Positions 7,326 through 16,725 of a DNA stretch of 18,804 nucleotides are shown one piece after another. Under the pieces are notes generated by a model. That model ran no database searches. It was not told where the DNA came from and worked only from the letters and a program-made list of their open reading frames with translations. A program made the translations under genes and the position numbers. The stretch is from Candidatus Cloacimonadota bacterium (GTDB lineage: Bacteria; Cloacimonadota; Cloacimonadia; Cloacimonadales; WRIO01). Every line of letters starts with the position of its first letter. The first letter of the stretch is position 1. The stretch is from contig JAKQQL010000278.1 of assembly GCA_029564175.1 (NCBI GenBank), positions 1-18,804 on the forward strand. Reading direction: 5' to 3'.

Positions 7326-7832
7326 TTACATTTTTTCTACTTTAGCTAATTTTCCGTTGATGTCAAAGAATTTAGTAAACTGATTGTTTTCATCAACGAT
7401 GGTAATCAGTTTTCCGTCTTTTTCAAGCATCCAGTTTTGATTCTGAGCATCAAATACAAAGGATACGTTTTTAGAAGCATCGTTTAAGTCATAAATATCA
7501 TAGCGATTTTGAGTGGTAACGACTTTAATATTCTGACCATTTTCAACATAGTATTTGATTTCCTGATCAGTATCATTCATTGCCAGTGGGTTTGAACCTG
7601 TCCAAAATTCAACCAGGTTGAGGATAGCAAAATCAATAAAACCGCATGCAGAATAAACAGGAATCCACATTAAAACCCACATAACCAGTGAACGGACATA
7701 CTTGTTGCTAACTTCACCATTCATTTTGTACACTTTTCTGGTTAAGGCAAATTTACCATAGCAACCAGATAAGCTGACAGCCAGAATACTTACGACTAAC
7801 AGCATTACAATCAGTTTCTTAAAGCGTTTCAT
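7326..7832 (-). CDS. DUF3332 family lipoprotein
   Basis: GGAGG RBS before ATG 7832 (MKRFKK...), preferred over the 7862 start. Lipobox LSGC. Family-typical motifs GCYGKFALT, IPVY and LNLVEFWTGSNPLA. Confidence 0.85.
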   Translation of the reverse strand: MKRFKKLIVMLLVVSILAVSLSGCYGKFALTRKVYKMNGEVSNKYVRSLVMWVLMWIPVYSACGFIDFAILNLVEFWTGSNPLAMNDTDQEIKYYVENGQNIKVVTTQNRYDIYDLNDASKNVSFVFDAQNQNWMLEKDGKLITIVDENNQFTKFFDINGKLAKVEKM

Positions 7833-7861
7833 AGAAACCTCCAGTTTTTTATTTTGTGTCA

Positions 7862-7890
7862 ATTATACTGGTATTGAATAAATAAGTCAA
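7862..7890 (-). promoter_or_regulatory. Sigma70-type promoter for the DUF3332 gene
   Basis: Minus strand TTGACT (7890-7885), 17-nt spacer, TATAAT (7867-7862). Confidence 0.8.
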
Positions 7891-7901
7891 GAAAAATTTG
7901 T

Positions 7902-9194
7902 TTATTTTTTCTTTTCCTGATCCTGGCGAAGTTTTTTCCACCAGTCAATCCGCTTTTGAATATCTCTTTCAAAACCAAATTCTGAAGGCGTATAGTATTG
8001 TTTTTCAGGCATTTGATCAGGAAAATACTTTTGATAATAGTAGTGATATTTGTGATCATGATCATATTGATATTCTTTGCCATAATTGAGGTCTTTCATG
8101 AGCTTTGTAGGGGCATTTCTAATATGCAAAGGGACAGGTAAATGACCAGTTTTGTGTGCATCTTCTCTTGCTTTAATGTAGGCAGTTTCCATTGCATTAC
8201 TCTTTGGAGCGGTTGCCAAATAAACAACCAGTTGAGATAAATGGACATTACATTCCGGCATTCCGATAAAATGAACCGCCTCCTTCACAGCGATTGCCTG
8301 AAGCAATGCCTGTGGATCTGCCAAACCAATATCTTCCGCAGCAAAACGTGTCAGCCTTCTGACAATATACATAGGATCTTCCCCTGATTCAAGCATTCGT
8401 GCCAGCCAGTATAAACCAGCCTGAGGATCTGAACCTCTGAGTGATTTGTGTAAAGCTGAAATCAAATTGTAATGTTCTTCACCTGATTTATCATAGAGCA
8501 TTGCTTTTTTTGCCAGATACTTTTCAAGAAATTCTCTTTGATAAGGTTTTGCCAGATTACTTTGTTTTAAAAGAATATCAATAATATTGATTGCCTTACG
8601 GGCATCTCCTCCTGATAGAGCAACAATTAAATCAAGTGCACCTTCCGTAAAATCTGCTTCCTTTTCTTCGGCTTTAATGATATTGCTGATGATAACCCTG
8701 ATCTCTGCTTCAGCTAAACCATTCAAAACCAGTACATGACAACGAGAAAGTAAAGCCGATATAATAAAAAAAGATGGGTTTTCGGTAGTCGCGCCAATCA
8801 AAATGATAGAGCCTGACTCAACAAAAGGTAAAAAAGCATCCTGCTGAGAACGATTAAAACGATGAATTTCATCAATAAAAAGAATGGTCGGCTGATGACT
8901 GATCTGCATATTGGCTTCAGCCGTTTTCATTACTTCTTTGACTTCCTTTATACCGGATAATACGGCTGAAAAAGCAATAAAAGGAAAATGGGTAAAACTT
9001 TCTATTAGTCTGGCAAGTGTTGTCTTACCAGAACCGGGAGGTCCCCATAGAATCAATGAGTGAAAGATACCAGTAGAAATCATGGATTTTAAAATAGAAT
9101 CCTGCTGTAACAGGTGATCCTGACCTATGACGTTTTCAATTAACTTAGGTCTGTATTTTTCTGATAAAGGAATATATTGCTGATCTTCTGCCAT
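7902..9194 (-). CDS. rarA: Replication-associated recombination protein A (RarA/MgsA AAA+ ATPase)
   Basis: PLSEKYRP, Walker A GPPGSGKTT, Walker B FIDEIHRF, GATTENP, SALLSR, GDAR, YDKSGEEHYNLISALHKSLRGSD, EDIGLADP and VPLHIRNAPT. Confidence 0.97.
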   Translation of the reverse strand: MAEDQQYIPLSEKYRPKLIENVIGQDHLLQQDSILKSMISTGIFHSLILWGPPGSGKTTLARLIESFTHFPFIAFSAVLSGIKEVKEVMKTAEANMQISHQPTILFIDEIHRFNRSQQDAFLPFVESGSIILIGATTENPSFFIISALLSRCHVLVLNGLAEAEIRVIISNIIKAEEKEADFTEGALDLIVALSGGDARKAINIIDILLKQSNLAKPYQREFLEKYLAKKAMLYDKSGEEHYNLISALHKSLRGSDPQAGLYWLARMLESGEDPMYIVRRLTRFAAEDIGLADPQALLQAIAVKEAVHFIGMPECNVHLSQLVVYLATAPKSNAMETAYIKAREDAHKTGHLPVPLHIRNAPTKLMKDLNYGKEYQYDHDHKYHYYYQKYFPDQMPEKQYYTPSEFGFERDIQKRIDWWKKLRQDQEKKK

Positions 9195-9197
9195 TTA

Positions 9198-9956
9198 TTA
9201 CTCCATTTCACTAATCAGCCCTGCACTTGATATAGCAGCTAATCCGATTGGTGAAAATTTATTATTTCTTATAAAATCCATCATCTTTTCGATTGGAATA
9301 AAGTCAAGACAATCATGTTCAAACTGATGACTGGCTGAATGATATAAATCTGTAACTTCTCTATTGTTCAGTATCGTGTTACAGTACATCAGAAATTCCG
9401 GTTTGTAATTATGAAGTGCCAGTCCAAGACCTGTGCAATGAAGATTTTGTATAAAATTGTCCTTTATTCCCAATTCTTCTTCAATTTCCTTGTATATCAA
9501 ATCAAAAGGGTCTTCAGGATTGCCATCCATGCTTTCAAGTGTACCGCCAATCACATGCCATTCGTTTACTCCTTCTGCAAGATATCTGCTTCTTTTGCCT
9601 ACAACAATACAGTTATCAGCTGTTTTGATTACCACACAGGCAGCCAGAGAGTTTGCCAAAAGCGAATGATCATTGATTTGATGGATATTTTTTACATTTG
9701 TACCCAAAAAATCCTTATAGGAACAAGACTGTACCTTACAAACCAGCTTATCATATTTTACATCAGATTGAATTAATGAATAGCCAATTCCATTATAAAT
9801 CAGCGGATTCTCTTGTTTGACTTTTTGCCAGTTATCTTCAATCATTTGTTTTATCCAGTCAGGAAATACTCTGATTTCTGGAATTACATTCAACACAATA
9901 TGATATCTGTGCCAAATGCCTTTATGGATAATTTGAAACTGTTTTGTCATTAACAT
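9198..9956 (-). CDS. Nudix-superfamily hydrolase, NUDT22-like; start at 9956 or 9950
   Basis: Degenerate Nudix box GGTLE...KEIEEELGI. N-terminal W...NPLIYNG, YKDFLGTN, LANSLA..V.KTAD and KRS..LAE motifs resemble NUDT22-type proteins. There is a TAATG overlap with the aroK stop. Confidence 0.75.
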   Translation of the reverse strand: MLMTKQFQIIHKGIWHRYHIVLNVIPEIRVFPDWIKQMIEDNWQKVKQENPLIYNGIGYSLIQSDVKYDKLVCKVQSCSYKDFLGTNVKNIHQINDHSLLANSLAACVVIKTADNCIVVGKRSRYLAEGVNEWHVIGGTLESMDGNPEDPFDLIYKEIEEELGIKDNFIQNLHCTGLGLALHNYKPEFLMYCNTILNNREVTDLYHSASHQFEHDCLDFIPIEKMMDFIRNNKFSPIGLAAISSAGLISEME

Positions 9957-10492
9957 GGTTTATGTGAAAGCAGGTTTAAAAGAACACTGACATCCCTGCT
10001 ATTTATGAGTTGAAGAATGGTATAATCAATTACCTGTTGACTTTTCAGTACGATTGTAGCACACTCACTGTATGCCGAATGTCTATTATGCCATAATTCA
10101 CGAACGTCCTCTTCGCTTTTTTCTTTGATTAAAGGACGCTCAGAAAACCGGATTCTTTGCCAGATAACCTCCCATTCAGGATCAAGAAAGATAACCGTAG
10201 AAAGAGAATTTTTTATCAGCGTTCTATTGATTGGATTTTCAGTTAAACCTCCGCCACAGGAGATCACCAGGTTGTTTCTGGAAATAAAATGCAAAAGCGT
10301 TCCATATTCTTGTTGCCTGAAATAATCTTCACCCTGAAGCATGAAAATCTCAGGTATCTTCATGTTTTCATGCAGTTCAATCTCATGGTCTGTATCCACA
10401 AGTGGGAGATTAAGCAGATAACTAAGCCTCTTTCCAAAATAGGTTTTCCCTGCTCCCATAAATCCAATCAATAGAAATCTTTTTATCATCAT
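9950..10492 (-). CDS. aroK: Shikimate kinase
   Basis: GFMGAGKT P-loop, DTD, GEDYFRQQE, SCGGG and RPL lid motif. Confidence 0.95.
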   Translation of the reverse strand: MMIKRFLLIGFMGAGKTYFGKRLSYLLNLPLVDTDHEIELHENMKIPEIFMLQGEDYFRQQEYGTLLHFISRNNLVISCGGGLTENPINRTLIKNSLSTVIFLDPEWEVIWQRIRFSERPLIKEKSEEDVRELWHNRHSAYSECATIVLKSQQVIDYTILQLINSRDVSVLLNLLSHKPC

Positions 10493-10530
10493 TTTCTTTT
10501 GTAAGACAAGTATCCAGTAGTGTTCTTTAT

Positions 10531-10560
10531 AAATAAGGAAAGGGGGCTAAAAGCCCCCTT
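10531..10560 (-). terminator. Intrinsic terminator downstream of rpsA
   Basis: 9-bp stem AAGGGGGCT/AGCCCCCTT (10540-10560) followed on the minus strand by an interrupted U-rich tract (TCCTTATTT). Confidence 0.7.
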
Positions 10561-10576
10561 ATCTATCTGTGTGTGA

Positions 10577-12421
10577 TTATTCACTCAGTTCATCAGCCTG
10601 TACATCAACTACTTCATCTTCTGGTTCATCAGGATAAACATTGTCATATTTAGCATTGTCATATCCATAGTTTTCATCTTTTACAGCCTGAGCAATTTCT
10701 TCATCGTGTTCTTCCATTTCAGGTGCTGAACCGCATCTTTCAATGATACGATCGCGATGAATTTTCTGGTATTCTTTCATCAGATTTTTGTCTCTGCTAA
10801 AGAACCACGCTTTTACGCTGAGGATCAAACGGCGATTATCTTTATCAATTTCGATAATTTTCATATCAAGTTCTTCATTCACATCAAAGGCATCTTCAGG
10901 TTTGTTGATTTTTGGAATCGCCAGATGAGAAATAGGGATAAATCCTTCAATGAAAGTATCCTGATAAGGGATATCCACTAAAACACCTTTAGGAATGCAT
11001 TTAGAGATTCTACCTTTTACTTCTGTATTAACTGGCAGGGTTTCATCAATTGTATCCCATGGATCAGCATGTAACTGTTTGATACCTAAAGCCACACGGT
11101 GTAACAATTTATCAATTGATAACACAACTGCTTCTACTTCCTGTCCTTTTTTAAGTACTTCTTTTGGATGATAGATGCGTTTTGTCCAGGAGATATCAGA
11201 GATATGAATCAGACCATCAATATCTTCTTCAATTTCTACGAAAGCACCAAAATCAGTCAGGTTTTTCACTTTGCGTTTGATGAGTGTTCCGCTAGGATAT
11301 CTTTCTTCAATGGTTAACCATGGGTTAGCCTGCATCTGTTTCATACCCAGAGAGATACGGTGATCATCTTTTGAAACTTTTAAGACGATAGCTTCAATCA
11401 CTTCACCTTCTTTAAGGAACTGTTTTGGATTATTGACTTTCTTAGTCCATGACATTTCAGAAACATGAACAAGACCTTCTACTCCTGGTTCAATTTCAAT
11501 GAAGGCGCCGTAGTTTTCAATATTAACGACTTTACCTTTTACTTTTGTTCCTTCAGGGTACTTGGTTTCAATATTTTCCCATGGATGAGGAACAAGTTGT
11601 TTGAGACCTAAAGAAATCTTTTGATTTTCTTCATCAAAAGCAATCACTTTTACTTTCACTTTGTTGCCGATATTCAGCATTTCAGAAGGATGATTGATTC
11701 TTCCCCATGACATATCGGTCAGGTGAAGCAAACCATCAATACCACCTAAGTCGATAAAAGCGCCGTAATCGGTGATGTTTTTGACTTCACCGTCTAACTC
11801 AGCATTCAGTTGAATTTTGTCTTTCAAGAATTCTTTTTTCTGAGTCATTTCTTCTTCTAAGACTTTTTTACGAGAGACAATGATATTTTTCTTGTCTTCA
11901 TCAATCTTGATAATTTTCAACTGAACTTCTTTATTGATAAATTGATCAAGATTTGGCACATTTTTCAGTGCAATCTGTGAGCCTGGTAAAAATGCTTCAA
12001 TACCTAAAACATCAGCAATCATACCACCTTTAACGCGACGACGTAAAACACCCTGGATAGTTTCGTTATTTTCGTAAACTTCTTTCAGTTTTTCCCGGTT
12101 AAGGATAAAATCTGCACGCTTTTTAGATAATCTAGGTTTTCCAGATTTATCTTCTGAAGCGATAATATAGACTTTAACCATATCTCCTTTTTCAGGCAGT
12201 TTGTGATTAAACTCACTTATCGCAATAGGTGCTTCGGACTTATATCCAATGTCAACAAGCACTTCTCTTTCTGTAACACTGACAACTTTGGCCTCAACGA
12301 TTTGATTCGGCTCAATACTACTAAATGATTGAGCGAGTAATTCCTCCATTGAGTTTGGTTCGTTTGCATTACCTGTACTTGTCACTAAGTCCTTTTGTTC
12401 GTTTTGATCGTTAATACTCAT
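10577..12421 (-). CDS. rpsA: 30S ribosomal protein S1 (six S1 repeats, acidic tail)
   Basis: AAGGAGG RBS before ATG 12421 (MSINDQ...), preferred over 12457. Motifs VDIGYKSEA, AFLPGSQI, VKNITDYGAFIDLGGIDGLLH, YGAFIEIEPGVEGLVHVSEMSW and FGAFVEIEEDIDGLIHISDISW. Confidence 0.97.
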   Translation of the reverse strand: MSINDQNEQKDLVTSTGNANEPNSMEELLAQSFSSIEPNQIVEAKVVSVTEREVLVDIGYKSEAPIAISEFNHKLPEKGDMVKVYIIASEDKSGKPRLSKKRADFILNREKLKEVYENNETIQGVLRRRVKGGMIADVLGIEAFLPGSQIALKNVPNLDQFINKEVQLKIIKIDEDKKNIIVSRKKVLEEEMTQKKEFLKDKIQLNAELDGEVKNITDYGAFIDLGGIDGLLHLTDMSWGRINHPSEMLNIGNKVKVKVIAFDEENQKISLGLKQLVPHPWENIETKYPEGTKVKGKVVNIENYGAFIEIEPGVEGLVHVSEMSWTKKVNNPKQFLKEGEVIEAIVLKVSKDDHRISLGMKQMQANPWLTIEERYPSGTLIKRKVKNLTDFGAFVEIEEDIDGLIHISDISWTKRIYHPKEVLKKGQEVEAVVLSIDKLLHRVALGIKQLHADPWDTIDETLPVNTEVKGRISKCIPKGVLVDIPYQDTFIEGFIPISHLAIPKINKPEDAFDVNEELDMKIIEIDKDNRRLILSVKAWFFSRDKNLMKEYQKIHRDRIIERCGSAPEMEEHDEEIAQAVKDENYGYDNAKYDNVYPDEPEDEVVDVQADELSE

Positions 12422-13313
12422 TAATTTCCTCCTTATAACCGGGAATATCATCAACACTATCTACGGTTTGTTCTGATTTCCCAACAATTTTATTTATTCT
12501 GTTATATACTTCTAAAATGATCCAGTCCGGAGTTGAAGCACCGGCAGTTAATCCGATGATTTCCGTACCAATAAACCAGCTTTCATTTAATTCATTAGCA
12601 GTTTCTATATGAAAAGTCTTTGTATATTCAGCACACAGAGTCGCTAACATTTTGGTATTTGAGCTGTTTTTTCCACCAATGACGATCATAAGATTTGCGT
12701 TCTTTGCCAATTCTACGGATGCATCCTGACGAACATTAGTTGCATTGCATATTGTATTAAAGACTCTTAATTCATTACATTTTCCAATCAGATAAAATAC
12801 TAATTTTTCCAGATTTGCTGCATTCTGGGTGGTTTGACAAATAATCGCACATTTGCCAAATCTCTTCTGTGGGATGATTGAATAATCCTGATTGACAATA
12901 AAAAACTCATTTCTAATATAAGACTTCAGGGCTACTATTTCAGGATGATCCTGATTTCCAAGAATAAAGATTGTATAAGCTTCAGCATCCGCTAATTTAG
13001 CATAATCATGCGCTTTAGCAACATAAGGGCAAGTCGCATCAATCACAAGTAAACCTTTTTCCTTAAGAGCATTCATTTCTTCCAATGGAATACCATGTGA
13101 CCGAATAACCACTGGAGCATCAGATACTTCTGATAACTCATTAATTTCAAATACTCCCTGATTACTAAGTGCTTCTACCATTTGAGGATTATGAATAATT
13201 GGTCCCCATGTATTCACTTTTTCATGAAGACTTGCAGCCTCCTCCGCCATTCGAATGGCACGCTTTACGCCGAAACAAAACCCTGAGTTTCTTGCGATTA
13301 GAATCTTACTCAT
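12411..13313 (-). CDS. ispH: 4-hydroxy-3-methylbut-2-enyl diphosphate reductase
   Basis: GFCFGVKRA, IIHNP, IRSHG, DATCPYV, HPE, QTT, NTICNAT, SSNT and TAGASTP; all three Fe-S cysteines are present. Confidence 0.97.
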   Translation of the reverse strand: MSKILIARNSGFCFGVKRAIRMAEEAASLHEKVNTWGPIIHNPQMVEALSNQGVFEINELSEVSDAPVVIRSHGIPLEEMNALKEKGLLVIDATCPYVAKAHDYAKLADAEAYTIFILGNQDHPEIVALKSYIRNEFFIVNQDYSIIPQKRFGKCAIICQTTQNAANLEKLVFYLIGKCNELRVFNTICNATNVRQDASVELAKNANLMIVIGGKNSSNTKMLATLCAEYTKTFHIETANELNESWFIGTEIIGLTAGASTPDWIILEVYNRINKIVGKSEQTVDSVDDIPGYKEEINEY

Positions 13314-13433
13314 ACTTCTCTTTCACTTTTTATTAGCGTTGCTGTTGTCTAACGATAGTCGCAAATATTACAACGCTTTATACACAGAACAATATTTTCA
13401 TCATTGCCCTTTTCTCACAAACTATATAAGGAT

Positions 13434-14042
13434 TTATTCATTCCCCTGATAATCAGGGTCCAGATTTTTAATTTTTTGAAAAATATCACTGGCAATGAGT
13501 TGATATTTTTCTTTATTATCTTGTAAATGATCATATGAAGACCATTCAATGGGTTCTCCAATTATAATTCTTACTCTTTTTAAACCCAAAAAGCATTTGA
13601 AATGCTGAGTTGAATTTTGAACAAATACTGGCACAATGTCTTTTTTAACAGCAGAAGCGATCATGCCAATTCCTGCCTTGGCATGCTTCCCGTTTCTGGT
13701 ACCTTGAGGGAAAATAAGTAATGGTGACCCCTGATTTAAGACTTTGATACATTTTTTGATAGCACTCAAATCCATCTGCCCTCGACGTATCGGAATACAA
13801 TTTAAAGTTAACAGGATTTTTGCCATTATTTTATGCTTAAAAAGTTCAGCTTTAGCCAGGAAATAGATTTCATACGGAATGATTGCTCCTAAAAAAGGAG
13901 GATCAAAATTGGAGACATGATTTGAAGCAATAATCTTTCCTCTGACCATTTCCAGTCTTTCTTTATTGACAATTTCATAATGCCAAAAAACTCTCATTAA
14001 GAGTTCAGCTGTTTTTGCGGTTAATTTATAAATACTGCGCAA
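13434..14042 (-). CDS. plsC: 1-acyl-sn-glycerol-3-phosphate acyltransferase (TTG start, overlaps the end of cmk)
   Basis: NHVSNFDP (HX4D), FLAKAELF, PIRRG and FPQGTR motifs; typical cmk-plsC-ispH synteny. Confidence 0.9.
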   Translation of the reverse strand: MRSIYKLTAKTAELLMRVFWHYEIVNKERLEMVRGKIIASNHVSNFDPPFLGAIIPYEIYFLAKAELFKHKIMAKILLTLNCIPIRRGQMDLSAIKKCIKVLNQGSPLLIFPQGTRNGKHAKAGIGMIASAVKKDIVPVFVQNSTQHFKCFLGLKRVRIIIGEPIEWSSYDHLQDNKEKYQLIASDIFQKIKNLDPDYQGNE

Positions 14043-14709
14043 TTTCGTCGCTAATCCTTCTAAGTATAAATTTCACCTGACCATCAATGCTCATATTGGT
14101 GGTATTGACCTCGATGGCATCATCTGCTTTAGTAAGAGGAGCAATATCACGGGTTGAATCATTGATATCTCTCCAGGCAAGTTCTTCCGTTAATTCATCA
14201 AGATCAGCAACAATCCCTTTTTGTTTTAGCTCGAGTAAGCGTCTTTTTGCTCTGGTTTCGAGGCTGGCAATTAAGTAAAATTTGAAATCGGCATCAGGGA
14301 ATACGACTGTGCCAATATCACGGCCATCCATAACCACGTTATTATTTTCAGCCATCTTTCTCTGTAAAAAGACCATACGTCTTCTGACACAGGCGATTGT
14401 CGCTATTCGGGAAGATTTTTGAGTTATTTCAGGGGTTCTGATTTTATCAGTAACCTCATGGTTATTCAAAAATATGCAATTCTGACCTTTTATATTTTCA
14501 AACCGGATATTTATCTTATCCAGCATGGTTTCTACTGAATTAAAATCATCTAAATCTACATCATGTTCCAAAGCATATAAAGCACAGGCACGATACATAG
14601 CACCGGTATCAATATAAAGACATTCCAGCTCTTCAGCAAGTATTTTTGCAGTAGTACTCTTACCCGATGCTGCCGGACCATCTATTGCTATTACAAAACT
14701 TCTTCCCAT
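14026..14709 (-). CDS. cmk: Cytidylate kinase
   Basis: IAIDGPAASGKST, IDTGAMYRA, MDGRDIGTVVFPDA, RAKRR and RD..DSTR..APL. Confidence 0.97.
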   Translation of the reverse strand: MGRSFVIAIDGPAASGKSTTAKILAEELECLYIDTGAMYRACALYALEHDVDLDDFNSVETMLDKINIRFENIKGQNCIFLNNHEVTDKIRTPEITQKSSRIATIACVRRRMVFLQRKMAENNNVVMDGRDIGTVVFPDADFKFYLIASLETRAKRRLLELKQKGIVADLDELTEELAWRDINDSTRDIAPLTKADDAIEVNTTNMSIDGQVKFILRRISDEIAQYL

Positions 14710-14736
14710 AATACCTACTTTACTATATAATAATCC

Positions 14737-14765
14737 ATTTTTATTTTTTTTATCGATTCTGTCAA
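14737..14765 (-). promoter_or_regulatory. Possible promoter for the cmk operon
   Basis: Minus strand TTGACA (14765-14760), 16-nt spacer, then TAAAAAT; the -10 is imperfect. Confidence 0.4.
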
Positions 14766-14898
14766 TATTTTTTTCTAATTTTTCAATTTTTCCCTATAGT
14801 AAACGAATTATGAAGTAAATCTATCAATTGATTGCTGTTATTGTCTAAGTATCATTTTGTAACAATTTTGAGAAAATTGGTTTTTCTGCTGTTTTATT

Positions 14899-14927
14899 TT
14901 GCTAAAAACTCTGTTTTTGAATATAAT
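14899..14927 (+). promoter_or_regulatory. Sigma70-type promoter for the tamAB-like operon
   Basis: TTGCTA (14899-14904), 17-nt spacer, TATAAT (14922-14927), followed by an AAGGAG RBS. Confidence 0.7.
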
Positions 14928-14946
14928 ATCAGAGAAGGAGTCTTCA

Positions 14947-16725
14947 TTGAAAAAATTCTATTTGTTCTTTATTTATTTCATTCCTGTTTTATGTCTTTGG
15001 GCAAATGATTTCCCACTTGAAATTTCATCTGTTAAGATTTATGGAAACAAGCATATCAGTCGTCATAAACTCTTAATGGATTTACCTGTAGAGACAGAAT
15101 CCTTTAGTGAAAAAATGAGAAGATACATTCCTCTTATGTCTAAACAAAAAAAAACGCTATATTACCTTGAAGATATTCAAAATACAGAAAAAACGATTAT
15201 CAACCGTTATCAAAAAAATGGTTTTTTAAAAGTGAAAGTATCTTCTCGTTTAGTTTCTCATAAAAAGGATTATCAGCTCGTTTTGTTTATCAAAGAAGAA
15301 GAACGGGTAAAAATCAGTCAAATCGATATTTTTTGTCATGATAAACCAGAAGTTTCAAGTCAATTAGTAAAAAAGACTGCTCGTTGGATAAATTCAGATT
15401 ATTCAGACGAACAATTTATTCAGATAAAAAATCATCTGGAAAAAACGTTGTCAGAGAATGCTTACCTCAGATACAAGGTCAATCACTCGTTTGATATTAA
15501 TCATGATTCCACTCAGGTAAAAATCATTTTTAATATTGAAACAGGAGAGAAACAATATATTGAAGATATACAGATTTACGGCTTAACAGATCTGAAGCAA
15601 GAGATTGTCATGAGACAAATTCCTTTGAAAGACAGTACTTTATATAATCCAGCATATATCAATTGGTACAAACAACAACTCAGTCAACTCAATCATTTCA
15701 ACAGTATCAATACCTCTACAGAACTGATAGAGGATAAAACTAACATGGCCCATCTTTCTTTTAGAGTTTCAGAAAAAAAGAAGCATCAGTTTAAGTCTGG
15801 TATCGGCTATGGTTTAGAAGATCAAGTCAGGGCATTTATTGAATACAGTCAAATCAACTTTTATGGAAATGCAAGACAATTGCAAATTTATGCAAAGAGA
15901 AGCGCTTTGGAACCCTGGAATTTGAGTATAAAAACAAGAGAACCATTACCTTTCAGACATTCTTTATACGGTATGATAAATCCATTCTGGCTAAGACAAC
16001 ATGAAAATCTCTATAAATTAGATAGAACTGGCTTAATGATAGGTGTCAGTCAACAACTTAACATGCAAAATTCATATCAGTTGCACTATCTTTTTGAACA
16101 AAACCATTTATTAGAAGCAGAAGTATATGAAAGTGATGATCTGAAATCTGTCTATAATAAGTCTTCTCTGTATTTCTACTGGCTGAGTGATTATGTTATA
16201 AAACAACATGGCTTAAATAGTTCTCTTAATCTAAACTATTCAGGATTGGGCTTTGGCAGTAAATATCATTTCTTACGAGGTATTAATGACAGCCGTTTTT
16301 ATTTTCCTTTAAGTAAATCAAATTCTATGGCTTTTCGGCTAAAATACGGGCTTTTGATTTCTTATGACAGCGACAAAGTTGTACCGGTTGAAGAACGTTT
16401 TTATGCAGGAGGAGCTAATTCTATCCGAGGGTGGAGCCGTAATCATATAAGTCCTTTAAATACGAATCAAGAAAAGACAGGAGGAAACAGACTTCTGGAG
16501 TTATCGGCCGAGTATCGGATCTTACTTTTTGATCACTTTGAGTTTGCACTTTTTGTTGACAGTGGTAATGTTTGGAACAAGCATGCAGACATGAATCATT
16601 TATTGACATCAGCAGGTACCGGACTTCGATACTATTCTCAGCTTGGTCCGATTCGATTTGATATTGCACGACCGGTTAACATAAACAATTGGCAATTTTA
16701 TATTCAGATTGGTCAGAGTTTCTAA
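14947..16725 (+). CDS. Omp85 family outer-membrane protein, TamA-like (about 3 POTRA domains plus beta-barrel)
   Basis: AAGGAG RBS before TTG 14947 gives a signal peptide MKKFYLFFIYFIPVLCLWA. POTRA-like segments include ISSVKIYGN, Y..NGFL and IEDIQIYG. Barrel motifs are GIGYG, ERFYAGGANSIRGW, FVDSGNVW and GLRYYSQLGPIRFD, with a C-terminal beta-signal YIQIGQSF. A TamB-like gene follows. Confidence 0.88.
   Translation: MKKFYLFFIYFIPVLCLWANDFPLEISSVKIYGNKHISRHKLLMDLPVETESFSEKMRRYIPLMSKQKKTLYYLEDIQNTEKTIINRYQKNGFLKVKVSSRLVSHKKDYQLVLFIKEEERVKISQIDIFCHDKPEVSSQLVKKTARWINSDYSDEQFIQIKNHLEKTLSENAYLRYKVNHSFDINHDSTQVKIIFNIETGEKQYIEDIQIYGLTDLKQEIVMRQIPLKDSTLYNPAYINWYKQQLSQLNHFNSINTSTELIEDKTNMAHLSFRVSEKKKHQFKSGIGYGLEDQVRAFIEYSQINFYGNARQLQIYAKRSALEPWNLSIKTREPLPFRHSLYGMINPFWLRQHENLYKLDRTGLMIGVSQQLNMQNSYQLHYLFEQNHLLEAEVYESDDLKSVYNKSSLYFYWLSDYVIKQHGLNSSLNLNYSGLGFGSKYHFLRGINDSRFYFPLSKSNSMAFRLKYGLLISYDSDKVVPVEERFYAGGANSIRGWSRNHISPLNTNQEKTGGNRLLELSAEYRILLFDHFEFALFVDSGNVWNKHADMNHLLTSAGTGLRYYSQLGPIRFDIARPVNINNWQFYIQIGQSF

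Noticed and set aside
7859..8089. Small ORFs overlapping the rarA 3' end
   Set aside because: They overlap a conserved gene and the DUF3332 promoter, and have low-complexity translations with no independent support.
12411..12457. Programmed frameshift producing an IspH-S1 fusion
   Set aside because: There is no obvious slippery sequence, and rpsA has its own strong SD and ATG.
13695..13712. PlsC motif FPQGTR instead of FPEGTR as a sign of inactivation
   Set aside because: The catalytic HX4D is intact, the ORF is full length and in conserved synteny, and a single E-to-Q variant is not enough evidence.
14823..14832. Palindrome ATCAATTGAT in the cmk/tamA divergent region
   Set aside because: It is short and AT-rich in a very AT-rich spacer, so it is expected by chance.
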